Part shown: piece by piece, positions 12,173-23,289 of the stretch
Numbering within the stretch: the stretch's first letter is position 1
Layout: each line of letters starts with the position of its first letter
Assembly: GCF_036321535.1 (NCBI RefSeq)
Contig: NC_087437.1
Span: 108,874,001 to 108,938,000 of the forward strand
Length of the DNA: 64,000 bases
Source of the DNA: Camelus dromedarius
Lineage: Eukaryota
Reading direction: 5' to 3'
Notes under the pieces: model-generated
Seen by the model: the letters and a program-made list of their open reading frames with translations, nothing else
The model's database searches: none
What the model was told of the DNA's origin: nothing
Program-made: the position numbers and the translations under genes

Positions 12173-13559
12173 AGGCTATTTCCTCTCCTTTCCTTTTGTT
12201 CTTCTTTCAGAAATATTCTCCAGGTATCCTTTCAGCAACAGCTACGGTTTACACTGAAACTATTGCTGTCCCAGTAGAAAAACCCCTTTGAACGTCTCTA
12301 AATGCGTTCACTTCTCCCGACTGTGTCTTGTGATGTAAGCTGGGAAGCGCGCATTAGTCATTTCACGTCCAATTGCACGGAGAACCGCACAATAAACACA
12401 TCCTCCGCGTGGGGGAGAGCTTTGCTGTTTTCCACTCTGCGCTGACCGACCTTACCCACACACCGCTAATTTGAGAACCTCCTTTGCTCAGAGGGAAAGC
12501 TTGTCTGGATTAGAAAAGTCCTGCGTAGAAACTTGACACTGTCCTGGGCCGGGAGTATTTGGAATCACACACAGGAAAGGGCTGCGTACTTGGTGACCTG
12601 CCTAATGACAGAATGTGTGTGTGACCGTCTCTGATTACAGCACTCCAGGAAGCATCACCCCAAAAGTACGACTGCTATGAACCGCAGCGTGCCCTCCGGC
12701 TAATCCTTACTAACCGAGGTGGAGATGCTCTTTCTGCCTGTACCGTCTTCCCAACGGTATCCTTCCTGCAGTCTTTTAATGCCTTGGCTACTCCCTGGGC
12801 CATCCTCCGGGGGCACATGGCTATCTTTGCCCTAGACCGGATACATTCAATAGTTATTCAGTAGTTTCTGTGAATAACCAGCTTTCCTTAGTCAAACTCT
12901 GGGTCCCCTTGGAATACCCACACTGCATAAGACTGAGGGTGCATCCTGCCCGGAGTTGCCCCTTGACTGGAAGGCATATGACCCTGCACTCTAGCTTTGT
13001 TGGAAGAGAGTCACATGGAGGGAGATTCTGTTTTAAGGTAGCACAGAAAGAATTTTTTCTCCTTAAAATATTGCTGAAGGTAGCTCTGTGAAAGTAGGTC
13101 CTAGGCAGTCCTTGCCTGGCTCCTAGCCTTTTCTTCCCACAAGTGGAGTCTCTTGAATCTCCCTGTCTTTTCATCTGTAGGCTCATCCCACTCCCCAGTG
13201 TCCAGGATCAAGTCAGACAGGGCTACAGGTAACCCATATGGAATTTCCACTTAAACTAGAAAAAGCCATCGTCCTATGGGTGAGCCAGGGCTTGACAAGC
13301 CTAAGGCTCCTTTGTGAGTACCAAAAGGCGGGCTTCTTGAAGAAGAAATTCCTCCCTTCTCCAAGTAGATAGCGTTCAGCAGTTGGGTCATGGCTTGGAG
13401 AGCAGAGCTGACCCCCCTCTTTGGTCTGGGGCCCTGACCGCCATCACAACCTGCACAACTACATGAGATAGCCCCGAAGCATGACCTTTGGCGGAGAATC
13501 CAGAGTTAGAATACTTGGAATTGAATCACCACTCCTACTAGTTCTTCTCCCAGCTCTGA

Positions 13560-13915
13560 GCAATATTTTGCAGTAGGATTTAGGGTAGGCATGTGACCCA
13601 GTTCTGGGGAAGTCTGCTGAGGGCTTCTGGGGAAGTCTGCTGAGGGCTTCTGGGGAAAATTTTCCTCCCTCGCCACCCCCACCTGACTTATGTCAGTTGT
13701 CATGTAGGAATGTGGTATATAGAGCTGCAGCAGCCATGTTGAGACCATGAGGATATAAAGTTATAAAAAACAACAGGGAAGCTAATACAAAGCCCTGACT
13801 AAACTAATTGACTTGCTAAACTAACTAATCCTGCATCTAGACTTCATGTTATATGAGAAAGTAAATGTCCATTGGCTGAGTGTTCTGTTAATGGCTAATG
13901 AAAATATCTTATCTG
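13560..13915 (+). mobile_element. MaLR (MLT1-type) LTR fragment
   Basis: 'ggcatgtgacccagttctgg', 'gcagccatgttgagaccatgagg', 'ctagacttcatgttatatgagaaa'. Confidence 0.6.
13602..13657. repeat. 23-bp tandem repeat, about 2.4 perfect copies (ttctggggaagtctgctgagggc)
   Basis: Seen directly. Confidence 0.95.
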
Positions 13916-14249
13916 ATAAGGGAACTATGATTCGCCAGGAACTGTGCTAGATCTTCATAATGCTCATAACAACTCTAAGCAGTATGTATTGCTGTTCTCT
14001 CTCCTTCTGGATACAAAGTTCAGAAATACCATGTGTTCTACCCAACAGCACTGAATTTCTGTTTTTTAAGATCCATAGTCTACAGTATTTTGTTACGGCA
14101 GCTCTAGCTGACTAATACACCTATTTTAAGGCTTTTGATACCTATTGCCCAATTGTCCTCAGAAACGTTGTACCAGTTGGCACCCTCACCAGTAGCACAT
14201 AAAAATACACATTCCCTGTACTTACACCAATACTGAGTGTAATCTTAGA

Positions 14250-14470
14250 AGACCTGAATTTGAATTGCAGGTCTACCTTTCAGTACCTGGGTATGTTGGG
14301 CAAGCCACTCTCCCCTCTGAGTCCCAGTATTCCTGTTTGTCAAATTAGCATAACAGTGATTACCCCAGCTTTGTAGGTGCCATCTCACCAGGCCACTGAG
14401 AGTGCCGATGAGAGAAAGTACAAGAAGACGTTTTGTAAACTGTAAAGTAAAACACAGGTGTTAGTGGTTG
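14250..14470 (+). mobile_element. MIR SINE
   Basis: 'ttgggcaagccactctcccctctgagtcccagt'. Confidence 0.6.
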
Positions 14471-15160
14471 TGTTAATTCATCTTACTGCTTCAGTTGAAC
14501 AAACTATAGAATGTTTAGGGGGTCAGATGAAACAGTCTAAAATAATTGTGCAGTGTTAAATTGACTCAAATGGTATGAAAGTTAATCAAAATGAAACATG
14601 CGAAAAAAAAAAAAAAGGTTAGAGTCCCAAAGTTCAGCTTGAACCTGAACTCATTATAGGCTGAGCCCAAACCATTTACTGATTCTGGAAAAGTCACTTA
14701 AAAGAGTCCATGAACTTCCCTTTCTTCACTGCAGAATTATATTCCTGTGTTGCTATTTTGTGCCTTCCTACGAGGCTGACATTCTTAACACCCATGGATC
14801 CTCTCCAAGAAGCCTCATCCACCATCCCATCTCCTAGTTACAGTAACCACTGGGGCTGGGAGAGGATTCTTATTCTCTAGACCTTTTGCTCTAGATCTTT
14901 CCTAGTGAAAGCTCTGTGGACATAGGAAGGGATCTGGGTACGTATTAAGTGCTTTGTGGTCCAAGGAAGAAGAAATCCTGTTATGCACAATCAATGCACA
15001 TTTGAGTAATGCTTATTTTACACCCATTTAATTAATGTCATCATTACTAGTTCTTTTAGTAATTAATTTAATTTTGATTAGTAATAGAAAGATAGGCTTA
15101 GTCTATTTCCCCTTGAAATTAGAGAAAACTTACAAATTTAAAAAAATGCTTGGCAGGTGA

Positions 15161-15384
15161 GGGGAGGGTATAGCTCAGTGGCAGAGCGCATGCTTAGCAT
15201 GCTTAAGGTCCTGGGTTCAATCCCCAGTACCAACACCTTAAAAATAAATAAATAAACATAATTACCCCCTCCACAAAAAGAATTTGGGAGGAAGGTAAGG
15301 CTTAGTGGTACAGTGTGTGCTTAACATGCATGAAGTCCTGGGTTTAATCCCCAGTACTGCCATCAAAAAGAAAAAAAAAAAAAA
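15161..15384 (+). mobile_element. Two head-to-tail Vic-1-like tRNA-derived SINEs (about 15161-15280 and 15286-15384)
   Basis: A box 'tagctcagtgg', B box 'ggttcaatccc'; second copy 'gcttagtgg...gggtttaatcccc' with A tail. Confidence 0.9.
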
Positions 15385-15669
15385 GCTTGGCCAGGAGGTG
15401 TGAAGACTTCAATACGTGCGAGACGTCTGACAAAAACCCATCTTCCCAAATGATTGTTCTCTCTTGGTCAACAGCTATAGACATAGATTTAGAAATGGAT
15501 TTTGACTGGTGATTCCATATGTATTTCACTCTTCTGAAATCTATTTCTTGATTTCCAATTCATATCTAACTTAAGTAGCACACTTTTCCTGACACAGAGT
15601 TGGTATAGTCATGATGCATGTTTATAAGTGATAATACAATTTGAATTTGGGGATAAACTGCAGTTTATA

Positions 15670-15902
15670 CAGTTGATCTTTGAACAGTGCAGGGGTTGGG
15701 GCACCGACATTCTGCACAGTCAAAAATTTGCATGTAATTTATAGTTGGCCATGTGTATCTGAGACTTCTCTGTATCTGGGATTCCCCATCTGCAGATTCA
15801 ACCAACCATGAACCATGTAGTACTGTAATATTTACTGTTGAAAAAAATCTGTGTATAAGTGGATCCGCACAGTTCAAACTCATGTTATTCAAGGGCCAGC
15901 TG
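15670..15902. mobile_element. Tigger2-derived MITE (TcMar-Tigger)
   Basis: TIRs 'cagttgatctttgaaca' and 'tattcaagggccagctg', preceded by TA. Confidence 0.8.
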
Positions 15903-16189
15903 TGTAAACAGTTGTGCCTGGAGCTGGCCCTAGGCAATAGGTAAAATCATCCAATTTCAGTTTCCTCCTAGCCTTTTCTACTCCTCTTAGTCATAATTAC
16001 TCATATGAACAATGCCCAGGGAATCCCAATGTGAACATAAATCATCTGAGACATGACACTTAAACTGAATCCTCAACTTTTCCCCTCACAATTGAAACTC
16101 ACCAAGTCAGGATGTTGAATCCCGAGATTCTCTGTGTTCCATAAAGTAGCAATGAATTAATCTTATCGAATAAGCCTCTCCCTTTTTAG

Positions 16190-16990
16190 AAAATAAAACA
16201 ATAATTTTTCTATAAATTAAAAAATGTAGATATCCATGCATAGATGTATAAATATGATTAAATCTTGCCGCCACTTGTAAGTGAACTTCTTTTCCTTTTT
16301 GCTGAGTTTCCCCTCCTCACCTCGCTGGTGTCCCCACATCACCCAATACCCCTCCTCCCAATCCACATTGGCAAGTGTCCTTTCACATTTTCCTCCAATC
16401 TCACACAATCCTTTCAAACCTATACATGCATGTTTCACTATGTATATATTTTATACAAAGAAATCACATTATACATGCTTTTTTGCATCTTGCTTTTTGT
16501 TATGCTTCAGCTCCAGGTAATAATCCTTCCAAGCCAGATTCTATGGCTCAATTTCATTCTTTTGACTGGCTCTCGAACATTCCTTCATTTGAAAATACCA
16601 TGATTGAATCAGCTGTCCTACTCATGATGGGCACTCCCTTTGTTTCTCTTTTTGCCATTATGTCGTGTACTCCCATAAACAGTCTTGAATATGAATCCTC
16701 AGTACTGCAGCTTTCTGTTTTTACAGGGTAGACTCCCAGGAGTGAGATTTCTGGGTGAAAAGGAATGTAGAATTTAAATTTTAATTGCTGTTGTCAGATT
16801 CCCCTCCAAGAAGACATTAATCTAACAACACAAAACTGCGTGTTTTCCTTGTAACCCTGCCAACAAGAGATGTTATCTGTTTTTAAAAGGTTATCAGTCC
16901 AATGATGTATAAAATGATGTATGTGTGTTAAATCTGTGTTTCCCTGACTCTTAGGAAATTGGAGCACATTTTGACTTCAAACCTTCTACA
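16190..16990 (-). mobile_element. Old L1M(E) fragment
   Basis: 'gggtagactcccaggagtgagatttctgggtgaaaagg' is typical antisense L1 ORF2 3' region. Confidence 0.6.
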
Positions 16991-18039
16991 ACTTGTAGCC
17001 ATTCAAGTTTTTTTTTTCTTTTACTATCTTCCATTACATCCTGGGACCAGACACTAAACACAAAATTAATCTGAGCAAAGGTGTGCGGAGTAGAAAAGCA
17101 TCATAAGGGCCTGACTTTGTCTCAAGCTGATCTCACACATCCCCCTCATTTTACTTTCTCGCTTGGTCCTCACTTCCAGAGGCACCTGCTGCCACTGATT
17201 CCTGAGTCTTTGAAAGATTCTGCATCGTAGCAAGTTGGTTCTTGACCTTCGTGCTGATGGCTTACAACCTCTGGCATGCCAAACCATCTGTCACTCTCAC
17301 ATCTGGATACTTCCAGACCCAAACTTTATGTTGCCTCCTCTCCAATTCTCCATCTCCTTAAGGTTCTGTGCTCATTCATTATAAAACTTTCTGCTGTAGT
17401 TTTGGAAGGACTGAAATTAGCTGCAATCCTCTATGCTTATAGAGACAAATCTTTATCACTTTGCATCTCTCTTGTAATTGGTATATGGCTAGGATTTCTC
17501 TTTTAACCTGGTTTGACAATCTCTGCTTTGTAGTTTAATGATCGATGCTTTAGATTTTATTCCACATCTGGTTTTATATTTTTAATTTATTTTAGATATC
17601 TATTTTTTTCTTTTTCCTTTCTTGGGTGGGTCTGACCATATTGCAATTCATTTCTTTTCCTTTGATAGTTACTATACTTCTCCATTGTAGCTTCTCTTTT
17701 TGATCCTCATAACTACCTACATATTTCTCTACCATTGTTGGAAACAAGATCCCACTGATTTTTCTTATCAAGATGGACTTTATGCTTTACCGGACGCCCC
17801 TCCCATCTTGATGAGCTGACCCTTTCAGGGTACTTTTTCTCTTCCTTCTGCCTTCCCTCCCAGTGAATGAGACCTTTGGAGCTTTTATCTAAATCCTCCC
17901 TAACTCCCAGCTTCACTGCTCAACTCCAGTCCTGTTGGGTGAAATATTTGAAACTTTTTGATTCACACTTCTGTTAGAATTTCTTCTTGCAGTATATTTC
18001 TTCTTTAAGAGTCCCGTTTTTGAGAACAGTTCAGGGTTT

Positions 18040-18270
18040 GTTGCGTTTAAAAACATGGGATCTGGAGCCAGACCACCTGGCTCTGCCCCTTCCTTGTTTT
18101 GTGACTATGGTGAAGTCACAAGTTCATTAAATAACTTTCTGCCTCAGTTTCCTCCTTGGGGAAGTGTTAATACTATTGCTATCCTCAGGGAATTTGCGAA
18201 TGTTTAGTTACTACATGACAAGTACTTAAAACAGCACCTCTTTCATAGCTAAATAAATGTTAACTTGTTA
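18040..18270 (+). mobile_element. MIR SINE
   Basis: 'tctggagccagaccacctggctctgcc...ctgcctcagtttcctc'. Confidence 0.75.
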
Positions 18271-18497
18271 ATACTTTTATACACATTCTTAGTTATTAAA
18301 TCATTGTTCATTTACATATGTTATCAAGATATATATGCACCTAAGTGTGTGTGTATATTTATAATATTGGAGTGTTTATATTGACCTATCTATATGTATG
18401 TGTGTATGTAAGTATGTATTCAAAGTTTATTACTCATTTATTTTTCCTCTTTTTATTTTCCCCTGTGCCTTGGAACTTCTATTATTTAAATATTTTT

Positions 18498-18655
18498 TAA
18501 AAAAATTGAAGTATAGTTGATTTACTATGTTGTGTTAGTTTCAGGGGTATAGCAAAATGATTCAGTTATTTATATATTCTTTTTCAGTTTTTTTTCCATT
18601 ATAGGTTATTACAAGATATTGAATGTAGTTCCCTGTGCTGTTCAGTAGGTCCTCT
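18498..18655 (-). mobile_element. Short 3' end of cetartiodactyl-type L1
   Basis: 'attgaagtatagttgatttac...ttccctgtgct', near-identical to the copies at 19752 and 43977. Confidence 0.85.
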
Positions 18656-19751
18656 GTTATGGTTTTTGCTCATAGGTAATTTGAATATAGAATTCTTAGA
18701 TTGTGGTCATTTTCTCTCAAAATTCTTTACTTTTCTTTCATGAGCTCTACTTATTTATGTGTTAACTTTGTACTTTAAGATGTTTTTCCATTAGGTATTT
18801 TATACCACTATTTTGAAACTCAACATGGCCTTCTTTTCCTCCAACTCATCTAATGTCAGCTGGAAAATTATAATTTTTAGCTCCAGACTGTTTTTGAACC
18901 TGAAATGGGTCTTGTTTCATTTCCCCCCCTAGGCATTCTCCTCCACCTCTATTTCTCTTGTCATGTGCAATATAGGAACAGTCTGATTGACTGCTCTCTC
19001 TCTCTCCGACTTACTGAGCCTCTTAGGTGTGTCTGTTTTTTTTTTCATCCCCTCCCTGTGGTGTAGGTCTGCTTGTTGGGGTCTCCAAGTGGCAGCAGCC
19101 AGGGCTCCTGGGAAGGTAGAGCAGATCCCGGCAGACCACTGGCCATTGCTGAGACACTTGAAGAGATGGTCCCTTTTCCGTCTCTCTCATGCTGTCCCAG
19201 CCCCCAGATCTGTGAGTGCTTAACTCACCCCTTGAGGGGCAGGGAGACCATTTCCCTGGGGTCCCTCAAACCCTGCAGGCCAAGTTGGGTTCTCCAGTGC
19301 TGATCACCAAGTCCTCTTCTAACCCTTGGGAGGAAAGCCCTGTTCTGGCTCTCTCCTCGGCAACCCCCACGGAGCCCAAGGCCTTCCTTGTATCCATTTG
19401 CTCATCATTTGGCATTTGCATGATCAGGGGAGAAAAAAATGGTGGCAGTCAGTAGTGGCGGGGACGGGAATATTCATTACAGATTCTTCGAAAACAGCCT
19501 CCAAACATCGAAATGTTGAAAAAGCAAACAGAGCTTAAGAAGCTTCCTGGCAGGGTGAGTGGGTAAAGGTGGGACAATCAAGGGTCTGGGATAAGATGGG
19601 TCTTGCAGTGTGGTGGGAGTTGACTGGGATTCAGCAAAGTTTGTAATATAGTCATTCAGAATTGGTAGACATAAAGAGAGTTGTGAAACCAGTCAGGAAG
19701 CATAAACACTCATCTGATGAGCCTAGTTAAGGGAATTGTTGTTCTATTTGT

Positions 19752-19811
19752 CTATTGAAGTATAGTTGATTTACAATGTTGTGTTAGTTTCAGGTGCACA
19801 GCAAAATGAGC

Positions 19812-19865
<54 letters not shown>

Positions 19866-20687
19866 TATAATATATTCTTTTTCAGATTCTTTTCCATTAT
19901 AGGTTATTACAAGATATTGAATATAGTTTCCTGTGCTATACAATAGGTCCTTGTTGTCTGTCTATTTTATATATAGTAATATGTATCTGTTATCCCAGAC
20001 TCCTAATTTATCCCTCTTTCCCCCCACCATCCCTCTTTGGGAATCACAGTTTGTTTTCTAAGTCTGTGAGTCTGTTTCTGGTTTGTAGATAAAACTTATG
20101 TATTATTTGTATCTTTTTTTAAGATTCCACATATAAGTGATATCATATGATATTTGTCTTTCTCTGTCTGACTTACTTCACCTAATGTGATAATCTCTAG
20201 GTCCATCCACGTTGCTGCAAATGGCATTATTTCATTCTTTTTTATGGCTGAGTAATATTCCATTGTATGTTTATACACCACAACTTCTTTATCCAATCAT
20301 CTGTCGATGGACACTTAGGTTTCTTCCATGTCTTGGCTGTTGTAAATGATGCTGCTATGAACACTGAGGCACATGTATCTTTTCGAATTACAGTTTTCTC
20401 TGGATATATGCCCAGGAGTAGGATTGCTGGATCATATGGTAACTCTATTTTTAGTTTTTTAAGGAGCCTCCATACTATTCTCCATAGTGGCTGTACAAAT
20501 TTACATTCCCACCAGCAGTACAGAAGGGTTGCCTTTTCTCCACATGCTCTCCTGCATTTATCATTTGTAGACTTTTTAACAACAGCCATTCTGACTGGTG
20601 AGAGGTGATACCTCATTGCAGTTTTGATTTGCATTTCTCTAATAATTAGAGATATTAAACATCTTTTCATGTGCCTCTTGGCCATCA
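19752..20687 (-). mobile_element. 5'-truncated young L1 with internal (TA)n
   Basis: ORF2 C-terminus '[19 protein letters not shown]...[16 protein letters not shown]...[16 protein letters not shown]'; (TA)n at about 19817-19872. Confidence 0.95.
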
Positions 20688-20968
20688 GGAACTTGTCTGA
20701 GAAGGGCACGTTTACTCTAATGAAGACTAGTGAGTGGTCTAGTGCTTTGATATATGAATTTTTTGAGGAAGTTCCTGAAATGCTCAAGTTACTAGCAACT
20801 TCATCTTCCAAGTTTCCTAGAATAGTAAAGTGATGACAATGTAGACAGTGAGCTGTGTGGTTGCAGATAATTTCTGTGTTTTGGGGTCCAGGTCGGACAC
20901 CATCCCTCCATGCTCACCTGCTGCCAGCCACAGGCTTCACAGGTGCGTCTTCAACTCTGCTCTTTTAG

Positions 20969-21162
20969 AGTCAGCATTTCTGACCTTTGGTTGCACACAG
21001 AGCAATGATGCCACTAAAAGGAATTCTGGGCCAGACTGGAGTGGCAGATTGTCCCACAACAGACAAATGCAGAATGGATTTGAGGTTGGGAAAGACTCTT
21101 TGGGAATCCTTACTCAGTCCCTGGTAGTTCTAAGCAGGGAGACAGGTTGGAAGACCTCTTAA
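20969..21162 (+). other. Candidate alternative (terminal) exon of upstream MAP3K7CL transcripts
   Basis: Acceptor 'ctctgctcttttag'; phase-1 frame open to TAA 21160-21162 (ESAFLTFGCTQSNDATKRNS...); non-repetitive; no transcript evidence. Confidence 0.3.
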
Positions 21163-21322
21163 GGAAACTGTTGTTGGTTCACTGACAATATTAAAGGTCA
21201 TAGAGGTTCTTATTAGCTAATCAGAAAATCACAATAGTCTAAGAACTATGGGATCCCATTGGTTTTGCCTATTCCAATCAGAAAATAATATGCAGTTTTA
21301 TCGGAGAACACTAAGATTCTTT

Positions 21323-21531
21323 TTTTTTAAAATCTTTCTTGTGGTATGATTCTTGTAAACTACACATATTTCAGATGTACAATTTGATGAATTAAGATAG
21401 GTGTATACACCAATGGAACCACCACCACAATCAAGATGGCTAACATTTCTGTCACTCCCCAGGAGATGCAAAAATCAAATTCCCAATTTATCCCTTCCCA
21501 CTCCCCTTGCCCCCGGATAACCGTAAGTTTA
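21323..21531 (-). mobile_element. Chimeric L1-derived retro-insertion with perfect 19-bp TSD
   Basis: TSD 'gagaacactaagattcttt' at 21304-21322 and 21532-21550; short T tract at the left end. Confidence 0.85.
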
Positions 21532-22149
21532 GAGAACACTAAGATTCTTTAAAACCATTTATTTCATATGAGACTACACCATCAATGACTGGGTCTACTC
21601 AGTGCTGCTCACATGGTTCTGGTCTGCCCTGGGCAAGGACATTTAGTGATGAGTATACTCAGTTTAGAATAGCAGCATTCATGGTTCTTTTTGGAGACAT
21701 CATTCCTGCCCAGAGCTGGGTAGCTTTTTATTACTGACCTATATTTGGAAGTTAGTTTTACAGTTAATAAAACAGATGAGTTTTATTCTGATTTAAAAAA
21801 ATCAAAAGCAGAAGGCAGAGAGAAAACTAAACAATAGCAAATCATCATCATCATCATAACAACGATAACGGTAACTCTCAGAGCCTGTATGGCGTGGATC
21901 AGGCCCTGGACTCATGAGGAATGTGCGAGTGCAGTCCATGCTCTTGAGCTCATGGTTTGTAGTCAAAGCGAAATGCCCCCAGCTCCCTTAGACAGAAAAT
22001 GAGGATGGAAAAGGTCTGAGCAGGAAACTCTGAGAGCCAAGGGGGACCAGATGCTTCTTTCTCAGGGGACGCAACCTTTGACTCAGAGCCCTCAGGAAAT
22101 CTTGACTCTTTTCTTTAGTATTTGATCCGCAGCTGATGCAAGCCTTTTA

Positions 22150-22645
22150 TTTATGTTTGCGCGTTGGACAACAGCGTAGTTCGGCTGTTTCCACATCTAT
22201 AAAAGGCAGCGCCGAGTGTTTCCTTTGATCTGACCCGCCCCTGCGGTGACATCGCCATCCCCGGCTAACTTGGTCTTCCCCATGTAGGGCTCTGGGTCCC
22301 ACTCCTAAAAGCTCTAATTTGGGGATGCAAGCTGGAAATAGCCCCAAAGGTATCCTGTTCAGCTTGTCATTTAAATAGCTAAGCCCTTGCCATGGCCATT
22401 TAAAACCCTCTCACCTTTCATTTAGTAAGCAGTTCTTTTTTCAAATCAGGCTTGTTTGTGAATGCAACATCTTTTTTTCTTAATCTGCTGCAATTCTCCA
22501 TCTATAAAAAGCATTGATTGAAGGAGGAGAGAGTGAAATCAACACTCTTTTTAGTAAACGACCTTAGTTGGAATTGGAGAACTAGCTGGGTGCTGAGCCT
22601 AATGGCTTCCCAGTGTCTCCCCTTTGAGCACAGAGGCAGGTAAGG
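22150..22645 (+). promoter_or_regulatory. Candidate TATA promoter or enhancer with possible short first exon
   Basis: TATAAAAG 22198-22205, TCF/LEF CCTTTGATC 22222-22230, GC box 22234-22241, second TATAAAAAG 22503-22511, donor CAG|GTAAGG at 22639/22640. Confidence 0.4.
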
Positions 22646-22649
22646 GGTG

Positions 22650-23030
22650 AATCCAGCTCCAGTAAAGGCTAGCTTTTGACCTTGGGCAAGTTAATATCAC
22701 CTCTCTTTGCCTCAGTTTCTGCATCTGTAAAATGGGAGCGAGAATAGTACTAATCATCCAAACAGGGCTTGTTGCTTAATTTGCAGAGCCCCTTGTTCAA
22801 ATTTCTATGTTATGAAAACGTTGGACCCCTTGTTTCAATTTCAGGATGGTGGGAGCAGAGTATTAAGCCAAACCTGGAGTCTTTGGGAGCATGGGGCTCA
22901 CTACGGCTGCCCAGGAAGCTGGCTCTGCTCATAGGATCGTTGTGAGGATTAAATGAATTATTGTATTTAAAATCCTTAAAGTAGTGTCTGGCACATATAC
23001 AATCTATGGAAATGTTAGTTAAATCTAAAA
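22650..23030 (+). mobile_element. MIR interrupted by MER45A (hAT-Tip100; 22763-22927)
   Basis: MIR 'gaccttgggcaagtt...gcctcagtttctgcatctgtaaaatggg' resumes at 'cataggatcgttgtgaggattaaatga'; insert has 'gccccttgttcaaa' and 'gcagagtattaagccaa'. Confidence 0.7.
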
Positions 23031-23289
23031 AAAAATGACAGTGGGGTAATCTGGCAACTGAAGAGATTATTAGTAAATAGCTCAGGGAAACAGCGGGTTG
23101 AAGGTAAAGCGAGGCTTAGACTGGGTCTGTTCTGTGACCCCTCTGCCTGGTTTATTTACATATTCTTCTTGATCTATTCAGTGAAGTCCATTCATTCAGT
23201 CAGCATTTTTGAATGTGTTTAATGTTGCATGCACAGTGGTAGACAGTGGCAACATGTAGCCCAAAAGCTTTGTTTTATTTATTTGTTAT

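Noticed and set aside
13602..13657. Short direct repeats as a possible CRISPR-like array
   Set aside because: No spacers, eukaryotic context; simple tandem duplication
15161..15235. tRNA-like sequences with A and B boxes (also 10343, 54407, 58168, 60162)
   Set aside because: Dispersed diverged copies with AT-rich tails and TSDs are SINEs, not tRNA genes
19430..19560. Strong + strand donor AGG|GTGAGT near 19555
   Set aside because: No convincing upstream acceptor or MAP3K7CL-related frame; isolated donors are common
20242..20811. 189-aa minus-strand ORF, the longest in the window
   Set aside because: L1 ORF2 C-terminal remnant read in from flanking DNA; not a gene
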